IMG/VR virus record: IMGVR_UViG_3300044680_000064
Span: 73,632 to 103,868 of that record
From: a virus
Lineage: Duplodnaviria; Heunggongvirae; Uroviricota; Caudoviricetes
Strand: one strand, 5' to 3'
DNA: 30,237 nt
The notes beneath the pieces were generated by a model. It had not been told where the DNA came from. It saw only the letters and a list, made by a program, of their open reading frames with translations, and ran no database searches. How positions within the stretch are numbered: the first letter of the stretch is position 1; each line of letters starts with the position of its first letter. Below, piece after piece: positions 1 to 7,696 of this stretch. Both the position numbers and the translations under genes were made by a program.

Positions 1-186
1 GTGACGTTCCCACCGGACAACCATGTTGATCCGGGTTCGAGGAAGGTCATCCAGCAGCGCGTCCTCTGCACGCCCGCGATCAATCCAGCGACTGGGAAAC
101 CGAAGTCGCCGCCCGTTCTTCTACTTTTGCACGCGACGAAGAGTTATGTCGCGGCCGTGATTGATCGACTAACCAAGGGAGTGTGA
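1..186 (+). CDS. 3' end of a hypothetical late protein (truncated by window start)
   Basis: Open from base 1 to TGA at 184-186, 4 nt before the next GTG start; no recognisable motif. Confidence 0.5.
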   Translation: MTFPPDNHVDPGSRKVIQQRVLCTPAINPATGKPKSPPVLLLLHATKSYVAAVIDRLTKGV

Positions 187-190
187 GCCC

Positions 191-1273
191 GTGAACTCGC
201 AGCAAGCGATGGCGTATCTGGAAGCCGTCATTTATTCTGGGCAGTGGGAAGAGCAAAAGCACCCACGAGATCACGGAAAGTTTTCTAGCAAGCCAGGCGA
301 CAGAGGTGCATCGAACAACAAGGCGGCTAAGACTGAAGGCACGTCGAACGTCAAAACAAAAATCTCTAAATCTCCTCGCGCCGAATCCTCGGCACGACGA
401 CGCCGCATTGAAGAAACTAATCCGGACAGCAAAAAACTTCGTGAGCTTCTTGGCATTGGATTAACTAGCGCAGCGATTGGCTGGAGAGTCGGATCAGCCA
501 TCGGCGGCGGCGATGCACACAGCGCTTTAGTCGGCGCTAGTGCTGGCGGATTCGTAGGCGTTGCCGCTGGCATGTGGCTGTTGATGGGAGGAAGTCCGAA
601 AGACGTTGAGATCGACCCGAAGAAGTATCACGAGACAGGTAATATCGCAAATCCAACCTTGGGGAAGAAACCAAAAAACGAGTTTGAATTCCGAAAAACC
701 GTGGCGACGGCATTTATCTCTCACATGGGAGTGTCCCTGGAGAACCGGCGGGCATACTTTACGGCGTTCGACAAATCATTCAACAAAATGCCGCCGCCGA
801 TGCGACAAGCCTTCATGAAAAATCTGACGGACGTGAAAATCTATGATTCGTCAAAGGATTTGAATAAGTTCGGCAAGAAACTTGGTCTTCCAGGAAAAGG
901 CACGATTGCGATGGTCGAGACTGGCACTGGCGCTATGCACTTGGACGGAGCTGTCAAAGCGCAGCATAATGGTGGCCACACGGTCGATAATCGCTCCATG
1001 CTTGTCAATTATTACTCTCATGAAATGGGCCATGTGATCGACGGATGGCCGAAGATAAGCCAACAGACTCCGTGGCTCGCGGCATGGCTAACTGAGATTC
1101 GAAGCCCAGACGCCGAGCTTGGTGAAGCGGAACCTCCTCTCAGCGATTATGCCATGACAAGTGCATCGGAAGGATTTGCCGAGTTCACTCGTTTGCTCGT
1201 TACCAAACCGGAAGTGGCGCAGAAGAAGTTCCCAAAGTGTTGCGCCGTTTTCAAGAAAAACAAGTTGATGTGA
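191..1273 (+). CDS. Zincin metallopeptidase (anthrax lethal factor-like) with N-terminal KHPR motif and glycine-zipper segment
   Basis: HEMGH (1019-1033) followed by DYAMTSASEGFAE, with Tyr and Glu 7 residues apart as in lethal factor Y728/E735. The N-terminal WEEQKHPRDHGKF motif is common in phage virion-associated proteins. A hydrophobic Gly-rich segment GIGLTSAAIG...AGGFVGVAAG lies in the middle. Confidence 0.85.
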   Translation: MNSQQAMAYLEAVIYSGQWEEQKHPRDHGKFSSKPGDRGASNNKAAKTEGTSNVKTKISKSPRAESSARRRRIEETNPDSKKLRELLGIGLTSAAIGWRVGSAIGGGDAHSALVGASAGGFVGVAAGMWLLMGGSPKDVEIDPKKYHETGNIANPTLGKKPKNEFEFRKTVATAFISHMGVSLENRRAYFTAFDKSFNKMPPPMRQAFMKNLTDVKIYDSSKDLNKFGKKLGLPGKGTIAMVETGTGAMHLDGAVKAQHNGGHTVDNRSMLVNYYSHEMGHVIDGWPKISQQTPWLAAWLTEIRSPDAELGEAEPPLSDYAMTSASEGFAEFTRLLVTKPEVAQKKFPKCCAVFKKNKLM

Positions 1274-1276
1274 ACC

Positions 1277-1447
1277 ATGCCAGAACTAGAAGACATCTTC
1301 GACGAGCCGATTTACAAGGATGGCGTCCACGCCGATACTGTGGCGTCTGGTGATTCTCGTTCTGACGATGACGAAGAGACTGACGACGACGAGAAGCCGA
1401 TGACCTCTCAAGAAGCACTGCAAGCGATTCTCTACTCAATTTCGTGA
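1277..1447 (+). CDS. Small acidic protein (56 aa), not in the ORF track
   Basis: ATG 1277 to TGA 1445-1447, translating to MPELEDIFDEPIY...DDDEETDDDEKPMTSQEALQAILYSIS. It fills the gap exactly, with 3-nt and 4-nt spacers to its neighbours. Confidence 0.6.
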   Translation: MPELEDIFDEPIYKDGVHADTVASGDSRSDDDEETDDDEKPMTSQEALQAILYSIS

Positions 1448-1451
1448 AACA

Positions 1452-2720
1452 ATGGCAGGATTCGGAGATTTTGCGAACTTCGCCGGCCAAGGCGCGGCTG
1501 GTTTTGTGTCGCCGTCCGCACCCGGCTTACTTTCGCCGCTGACCGATCTCGTTACTTCTTTCACGGCCACGCTCAAGAAATTGACCGAGCCGTTTGAGAA
1601 GATCACGGACCTCGCCGCGCACTTCGTCCAGAACATTGACCCTGCCATCCTCAACGATCTCAACCGCAAGTTCCGCGATCTCAACGCAACCGTTGGTTTG
1701 GCATTGCGACCAATCATCGACACGACTCGCGAGATTGTGAAGTATCTGTCGGATCGCTTGCTGCCGATCATGCGACAGCTTCAGCCGCTCGTGGAGAAGA
1801 TTAGCTCCGCGGTCGGCGGCGCTCTAATGGACGCGATTGACAACTTCGCCAAGACGGCGCAGGCAATGATGCCGACGTTTCAGCAGATCACGGAAGTTCT
1901 GACCGGCGTCGTGCGCATCGTCATGGACATCAACACAGCGCTGATTGCATTCGGGCGATTCATTTCCGAACTGGCAACCAACGCGATGGGCGGGATGAAG
2001 GGCAGCGTCGAAGGCGTTCGCGACTTCATGGACAAGCTGCGCCAGCGAATCCAGGAATTGATCGGCACGATTATCATGTTCGTCGCCAGGCTCATGCTCG
2101 CGCTCGGGTTTGCGGACTCTGTGAAAGCTCTGCTCAAGAGTTTGGAACGTGGTGCCGGCCCGGCCAAAAAAGACGAATCGGGCGGTCTGGCTGTTGCGCT
2201 CAATCCGATGTTCAAGTCGATCAGCGATCTTTCGCGCAGCATTCAACAGGAAGCGTTTGCGGCCAGCTCGGGATCGACTGGAAAACGACCGGACGAAGCG
2301 GCAGCCGAATTCCTTGGCAACATTGCCGCAGACCTCAAAAAACTCATCGCGGCTGGCGATAAAGACTCGGCCATCAACCAAATCAAAACGGCGATTAAAA
2401 ACATCGAAACAAAGGCCGGAGAAATCAAGACTGGCGCGATGGATATCAAGACCGCAATTGTCAACGGTTTCAATGACGCTTTGAAATGGGCCGAACAGTA
2501 TATCACTCGCCCGGTAACGAAAATATGGGACAGCGTATTGCATCCGTTGTTGCAATATCTGAACAACCATTTCCACTTGACGGAAACAGATCAAGAAAAG
2601 AACGTCAGACAAGCGAAAGATGCGCTGAATCATAAGGGCGCGGCGAAGAGATTCGTTGCCGCTGGCGGCAATGTAGGGAACATGATTGGTGCGTGGATAG
2701 CAGACCAATTCTCAGATTGA
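1452..2720 (+). CDS. Tape-measure-like protein (short, 422 aa)
   Basis: Amphipathic, Ala/Leu/Ile-rich, all-helical-looking sequence with periodic aromatics near the C-terminus (FNDALKW...TKIWDS). It sits just upstream of tail-like genes. Confidence 0.65.
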   Translation: MAGFGDFANFAGQGAAGFVSPSAPGLLSPLTDLVTSFTATLKKLTEPFEKITDLAAHFVQNIDPAILNDLNRKFRDLNATVGLALRPIIDTTREIVKYLSDRLLPIMRQLQPLVEKISSAVGGALMDAIDNFAKTAQAMMPTFQQITEVLTGVVRIVMDINTALIAFGRFISELATNAMGGMKGSVEGVRDFMDKLRQRIQELIGTIIMFVARLMLALGFADSVKALLKSLERGAGPAKKDESGGLAVALNPMFKSISDLSRSIQQEAFAASSGSTGKRPDEAAAEFLGNIAADLKKLIAAGDKDSAINQIKTAIKNIETKAGEIKTGAMDIKTAIVNGFNDALKWAEQYITRPVTKIWDSVLHPLLQYLNNHFHLTETDQEKNVRQAKDALNHKGAAKRFVAAGGNVGNMIGAWIADQFSD

Positions 2721-2729
2721 TAGGATCTC

Positions 2730-3947
2730 ATGGGCGTTCAACCGCAGCTTTGGATGGAACAGGTAGCCGGCAATTCGCCGTCATCGGCCGCTTTCTCATA
2801 CCAGGGAGGCGGTCGGTCGAGTCGCAATTATTTTATCGGTGACGATGGCACTGGCGTTCATGCACCTGTTACCAACTTCACGCAACTTCAAAACGCCTTA
2901 CTCACGCTGCTCGGCGATGTAACTCCAAATCTTGTTGATGGGACAAGTCTCAAGAGAACTCCGCCGCTTGCGGATCCAATGTATCCGTGGCTTTTTTGCG
3001 AGAGCGTCGGCTCGGTTCAAGGAATCGGCCATCCCGTTCAAGTGAATCCCGACCCGACTGGCTTGCTGGAAATTCCGCAGGTCGAGTACACGGCGCTTTA
3101 CCCGTGCTACAAATTCTCAGGGTGTCTCTTTGGAGCAAGGCCATACACTCTTCTCAACGATACCGCGGTGAATGGATTTGGCAGTCTGAGCGCCAATGGT
3201 ACGCCGTGGTACGATGAGACGTTCACGCTTCAAGAGCAGGACGCCTACGCAAACGAATGGATACGCTACGTCGATGTCGAGCACTCGCCATCAGGAGAGT
3301 TTCTCGTCGCGCAAGCCGGTCAGTTTATTTTCGATGTCGCTGGTGGATACTCGCCAAACGGAAAACCAGCTGGCAATGGTCAGCTTCGCATGTTCTTTCG
3401 AAAGGATGCACTGCGAATCACCTGGTACATGGTGCCGTACACGTTCATCAGCTCGCCGGACAGCTTCATCCTTGAAGGCATCGGCCACATAAATCAGAAT
3501 CCGTGGTGCGATTGGGACAAGGGCCAGCTGCTGCTTGAAGGCATTCAGATCGTTCGCTACACGCCGATAGTACCGCAAATGGCCCTTTGGCCGGTGGCGA
3601 CCAATGCTTATGCGAACAACAAGTATTGCAACATTTCATTTTTCATGACGCTAGTCAATCGACCGTTCGCGACGATCTCCGATGGCGGCGATGGAACCAG
3701 ACTGGCGATCCCGAATGATCCGGTGCTGCCGCCGTGGGCTGACGACGCGGCCGCAATCCAGATAGTCCAGAGACACCACAACCTCGTCCCATGGGGGCAT
3801 TGCCTCTACCAGTTCTTTTATGCGAAGCTCCAGAATATCGCCGATTACGAAGGCGCGCAGGGACTGCCGGTCTATCCGAGTTTTCCGTTCGAGCTGCTTT
3901 TCACGAATCCAGATGGCGACAGCCCAACTCCTGGGGGCACGCTGTAA
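2730..3947 (+). CDS. Putative tail protein (distal tail / hub position)
   Basis: 405-aa Pro/aromatic-rich, beta-type sequence directly after the tape-measure-like gene. The call rests on synteny only. Confidence 0.55.
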   Translation: MGVQPQLWMEQVAGNSPSSAAFSYQGGGRSSRNYFIGDDGTGVHAPVTNFTQLQNALLTLLGDVTPNLVDGTSLKRTPPLADPMYPWLFCESVGSVQGIGHPVQVNPDPTGLLEIPQVEYTALYPCYKFSGCLFGARPYTLLNDTAVNGFGSLSANGTPWYDETFTLQEQDAYANEWIRYVDVEHSPSGEFLVAQAGQFIFDVAGGYSPNGKPAGNGQLRMFFRKDALRITWYMVPYTFISSPDSFILEGIGHINQNPWCDWDKGQLLLEGIQIVRYTPIVPQMALWPVATNAYANNKYCNISFFMTLVNRPFATISDGGDGTRLAIPNDPVLPPWADDAAAIQIVQRHHNLVPWGHCLYQFFYAKLQNIADYEGAQGLPVYPSFPFELLFTNPDGDSPTPGGTL

Positions 3948-5056
3948 TGCGGATGACGCCGCTGGATCCGGTCAGGCAACCGAGCAGCGAAATCTTCGTC
4001 GCCCAGCTCACGTCTGCCGATACGTCCACTGACTATGACAGCGATCCATACGCTTATCCATCAAGCTGTCAAGCGTATTCTTGGATTGAGATGCGGCTCG
4101 ATCCAGGAAGTTGCGGATATGTCCCAAACGAGTGGGGCCGATTCGGAACTCCAGAGCAAAACCCAGTCTACACGCTCAATGGAGAGCTTCTCCAGACGCC
4201 CATCTTGGCTTATGTGAAATTGCGTGGCTGGATTCTTGGGCAGCAGGTCTACGACGTTGTCGGCGTCGTTGGTGAAACGACAACTCCATATTCGCAATAC
4301 TATGGCAGCCCGAATTGCTGCTCGGAATGTCAGACCATCCAAGCTGTCGTGACATGCTCGGCATCCAACGGCGACGGAACAACGACGAATCAGTTCACCC
4401 TGACTTGTTGGCCGTCCGGGCAAATTATTTTCAGCGGTTGCGTGACCGTTTCGAGCTGTCCGTGCAATCAATATTACTCGTCGCCGGGAATGCCGGGCTC
4501 ATGTTCGTGCGACCCGTCATGCAATGTGACGTCCTACGTTTTGTTTTTCCCGCACGGCGTGCCAGCGGATGGGACGTGCTTCAATTGCAATATGTTTTCG
4601 ACGACGTTCAATGAGGCAAGCGGCGCTACGCCAGGGTATTCTCAGTGGTGCCTTAACGAGCAGGCGACAACTCCATACGGGTGCGTGTACGAAGGCCAAG
4701 CGACTGGCGATTTGTGCGGCGACGTCAGCTTCTTTGTGGCCACGCTGACAATCAACGATGACGGCAGCGCCACGCTACTCATTGTGACGGAATCGCTCGG
4801 AACGACTATGCCGCAGGCGCAATACCACGTCAACAATTTTGCGTGCGGCCAATCGAATGCGTTGGGCTTGATTTACCAGATTTCTGGCAGGACGTCAGCA
4901 TGCAAGAACTGGCCAGAACTCGTCAATATTACCCCATGCTTCGATTGCGGATTCGATACGGCTATTCCGTTGAACTGTCCGCCTTCAGGCGGTGGCAGTG
5001 GCGGCACAAGCGGCATCAGCCCGAGCGGCGGTGGCCCTAGCGGCGGACCAATGTGA
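3947..5056 (+). CDS. Cysteine-rich putative tail/tip protein (369 aa)
   Basis: Start reassigned to ATG 3947 (TAATG overlap with the upstream stop). About 23 Cys by hand count (NCCSEC, SCPC, SCSCDPSC, TCFNC, PCFDC) and a Gly/Ser/Pro C-terminal tail. Confidence 0.7.
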   Translation: MRMTPLDPVRQPSSEIFVAQLTSADTSTDYDSDPYAYPSSCQAYSWIEMRLDPGSCGYVPNEWGRFGTPEQNPVYTLNGELLQTPILAYVKLRGWILGQQVYDVVGVVGETTTPYSQYYGSPNCCSECQTIQAVVTCSASNGDGTTTNQFTLTCWPSGQIIFSGCVTVSSCPCNQYYSSPGMPGSCSCDPSCNVTSYVLFFPHGVPADGTCFNCNMFSTTFNEASGATPGYSQWCLNEQATTPYGCVYEGQATGDLCGDVSFFVATLTINDDGSATLLIVTESLGTTMPQAQYHVNNFACGQSNALGLIYQISGRTSACKNWPELVNITPCFDCGFDTAIPLNCPPSGGGSGGTSGISPSGGGPSGGPM

Positions 5057-5073
5057 GATGATAGGATCACCAG

Positions 5074-6990
5074 ATGGCTTGTAATTCTCCGAACTGCAAA
5101 GAAGTCAAAGCGGCACACGAAGCCGTAATGCAGCAATCGCATACTAGCGAGACAAAGCACCTTCTCTACCATTGCTACCCGGTGCGCCCGAGTGGCGAAT
5201 GCTGGCGTTGGAATCTCGCGCAAATCAAGAAGCGTGAGTCACTGTTCGATGGCCTGAAGATTGTGTGTGTGGCTCAAGATGGGATGGCTGAAGACGTCAG
5301 TGTCGTCCAGAAGTTTCTCGGTTCGAACTTTATCGTCGTCGGTCGCAGAAACGACATTACTATCGCTGAAGTCCAGACTTGGTGGTTCGGTTGGAGTCAG
5401 TACCTTCTGCACAACTCCGGTCGTGTGTTCTATGCGCACGCCAAGGGCGTCAGCCATCCGTGGAAGACGGGCAGTCCAATCGCACGTTGGACAAATTTGA
5501 TGTACGAAACGTGTCTGGATTATTGGCCGATTGCCGAACGTCTCTTGAACGAGCATCCTGTCGCTGGCTCATTCTGCCTAAAAGGTCAGTGCTTTCCAAG
5601 CTCACGATTCTTCTACTCTGGCGCGTTCTTTTGGACCAATATCGACGCAGCTCGCGATACCTGGGCGATCATCGACCACCAGCGATGGGGAGTCGAAGCG
5701 TGGCCGGGGCGGCATTTCCCCAATCCGGGAGTGATCTTTAGCGAAAGTCCGATCAAGAATGGTCGTCATATCATCCTGTACGATCATCGGCACATTTTCG
5801 AGCAGGAGAAGAAAGCTCTTGAATGGCGAGAGCTGAATCAGAACGAAAAGATTGACTTCGCCGTCCAGCAATCGTCGGACAAGCCGATGCGGCCAAGTGC
5901 GCCGTTGCCGCCATGCGTCGAACTTGGTCACGCCAAGGGATCTCAGCAGCTCATCCAACTCGGGCTGGACCCGCTAAAGTGTGGCTGTGGCGGAAAAGTC
6001 CGCGCTTGCGGTATTCATGACAACTGCACGACAGAAACTCCATTCAAGGATTTCGCATGCTGTGCAACGTGCATGGACTACGACGATGGCAACGGAAAAG
6101 ACCCGGACCTCGCGACCGAGCCTATTTGTAATGAGACGAAGGCCAAGACCAATGCGACAGTTCATCGTCACCGCGCCGCACTTTACCGCCAGTTGCGAGC
6201 GCCGGCGCCGAAATACACTGGCCCGGACGATGGGTGCGGACTGATTCTTGCTGGCGGCGGAAGATACTGGCCAGGGACGGTCATCGCCGCAAAGATGTGG
6301 CGCAAGTTTACGAATCTGCCGATCGAAATTTGGAAGTACCTTCCCGGTCAGGACCACAATCCGAAAGACCTCGAAGGAGTGGAAGGCATCACGTATCGAG
6401 ACGCGGCCGAGTTTGAGCCGCGGCGAATGACGCTGTTCGAAATCAAGGCGCTCGCGCTCCAGCATGCCAAGTTCCGCTACGCATTCTGGCTGGATAGCGA
6501 CGGATGGCCCACGGCAGACCCATCGCCGCTTTTCGAACTGCTCAAGAAATACTCGTTTTTGTACTGGCGTGACATTGCCGAATACAAGGTTCGCGCGAAG
6601 TGGGAGATGGTCGGCGTTGACGGCTCGGAAAGAATTCCGCACGTTCAAGCCGGTCATTTGCTCTTTGATCGCAAGGCGTGCTGGAAGGAATTGTCGATCA
6701 TCCACTGGATGAATCAGCACAGCGACTTCTATTATTGGCCGCATATTTCCGGCGATCATGACCAATCCCTGTGGCGTGTCATCTGGACCGCGACGCAGAA
6801 TAGTTGGCGATGCCTCGGGAACGCTGTTTGGAAGTATCCAGCGTTCAGTTGCAAGTTCAAAGGCCAGACGATGTGCGTCCACCGCTGCGCTGGAGACGCA
6901 AAGATCATGGCCGGAAACAAGAGGCTGATGCCGGGCATTCATCCATACGAAAAAGAAGCCTGGGCAATCTTCGACGAGGTCACTAAATGA
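5074..6990 (+). CDS. Two-domain glycosyltransferase: N-terminal HxKG-type GT-like domain, Cys-rich linker, C-terminal GT71/Mnn2-like alpha-mannosyltransferase domain
   Basis: N domain: VFYAHAKGVSH, FYSGAFFW, RWGVEAWPG. Linker: CVELG..CGCGG..CGIHDNC..CCATC. C domain: GLILAGGG, LPIEIW, IKALAL, WLDSD (DxD), AGHLLFDRK, GDHDQ, VHRC, which follow the PF11051 motif order. Confidence 0.8.
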   Translation: MACNSPNCKEVKAAHEAVMQQSHTSETKHLLYHCYPVRPSGECWRWNLAQIKKRESLFDGLKIVCVAQDGMAEDVSVVQKFLGSNFIVVGRRNDITIAEVQTWWFGWSQYLLHNSGRVFYAHAKGVSHPWKTGSPIARWTNLMYETCLDYWPIAERLLNEHPVAGSFCLKGQCFPSSRFFYSGAFFWTNIDAARDTWAIIDHQRWGVEAWPGRHFPNPGVIFSESPIKNGRHIILYDHRHIFEQEKKALEWRELNQNEKIDFAVQQSSDKPMRPSAPLPPCVELGHAKGSQQLIQLGLDPLKCGCGGKVRACGIHDNCTTETPFKDFACCATCMDYDDGNGKDPDLATEPICNETKAKTNATVHRHRAALYRQLRAPAPKYTGPDDGCGLILAGGGRYWPGTVIAAKMWRKFTNLPIEIWKYLPGQDHNPKDLEGVEGITYRDAAEFEPRRMTLFEIKALALQHAKFRYAFWLDSDGWPTADPSPLFELLKKYSFLYWRDIAEYKVRAKWEMVGVDGSERIPHVQAGHLLFDRKACWKELSIIHWMNQHSDFYYWPHISGDHDQSLWRVIWTATQNSWRCLGNAVWKYPAFSCKFKGQTMCVHRCAGDAKIMAGNKRLMPGIHPYEKEAWAIFDEVTK

Positions 6991-7322
6991 GCCAATATCC
7001 ACACATGCGCGTCGTGTGCGTATGCCACGGCGGCAACGTTCGCTCGGTCGGACTAGCGAGGATTCTCAAGCACGGCGACTTCGGCAACCACGACGCGGTA
7101 GCCATCGGCTGCACGACCGCAGGGCGGACGGTCAAGGAACTTCTATTCTCATGGGCCGATCGCATCGTGTGCATGCAGCCGGTAATGCGCGAGACCATTC
7201 CCGAGCGGTATCTGCCCAAGGTCCGGATTTGCGACGTCGGCGAAGATGTCTATGGATATCCGACGCATCCGGATTTGATGAAAAAGTGCAACGAGTGGCT
7301 GCAAGTCGATGGGCTGTCTTGA
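6987..7322 (+). CDS. Low-molecular-weight protein tyrosine phosphatase-like protein
   Basis: N-terminal P-loop VCVCHGGNVRS (C-X5-R-S at 7023-7046), plus WADRIVCM and EDVYG (general-acid DPY equivalent). ATGA overlap with the GT gene. Confidence 0.8.
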   Translation: MSQYPHMRVVCVCHGGNVRSVGLARILKHGDFGNHDAVAIGCTTAGRTVKELLFSWADRIVCMQPVMRETIPERYLPKVRICDVGEDVYGYPTHPDLMKKCNEWLQVDGLS

Positions 7323-7435
7323 TGCTTCAAGCCTGAAACAAGTCAAATCCTGCTTTGCCTCTCAATCCGCTCGTTTTGAGCCTATGAAGATAGACCAAAA
7401 CGCACGCGGATTCTCTGTCTTTTGAGGCTACTCTC

Positions 7436-7696
7436 ATGGCCGGTGGACCAATCGGGCCAAGCTCCGTTTACCTCGGCGGCGAATCAATTAAAACCGCTAT
7501 GGCCGAGTGCACCTGCGCGTGCCACAAGAGGGGCGAAGAATTTAGATTCCTTCATTTCCTGCCATGCTGCGAAGGATGCTGTGAACACTGCAAGAAATGG
7601 TTTAAGTCGGGACTTTGCGCCCATCGAGAATCATGCGGCGAAAAACCCGAAGACGACACGTTGCGATTCGAGAACGGCGTGCCGGTGGTGAGTTAA
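7436..7696 (+). CDS. Small Cys/His-rich protein
   Basis: GAGG 8 nt before ATG; CTCACH, CCEGCCEHC and CAHRESC motifs; TAA directly abuts the next ATG. Confidence 0.55.
   Translation: MAGGPIGPSSVYLGGESIKTAMAECTCACHKRGEEFRFLHFLPCCEGCCEHCKKWFKSGLCAHRESCGEKPEDDTLRFENGVPVVS

Noticed and set aside
1824-2708. 294-aa ORF on - strand
   Set aside because: It lies fully antisense to the tape-measure-like gene and has no motifs.
3791-3946. 52-codon N-terminal extension of the Cys-rich ORF
   Set aside because: It overlaps the upstream gene; the TAATG-coupled ATG at 3947 is the better start.
5974-7002. 342-aa ORF on - strand
   Set aside because: It is antisense to the GT71-like domain, which carries the recognisable motifs.
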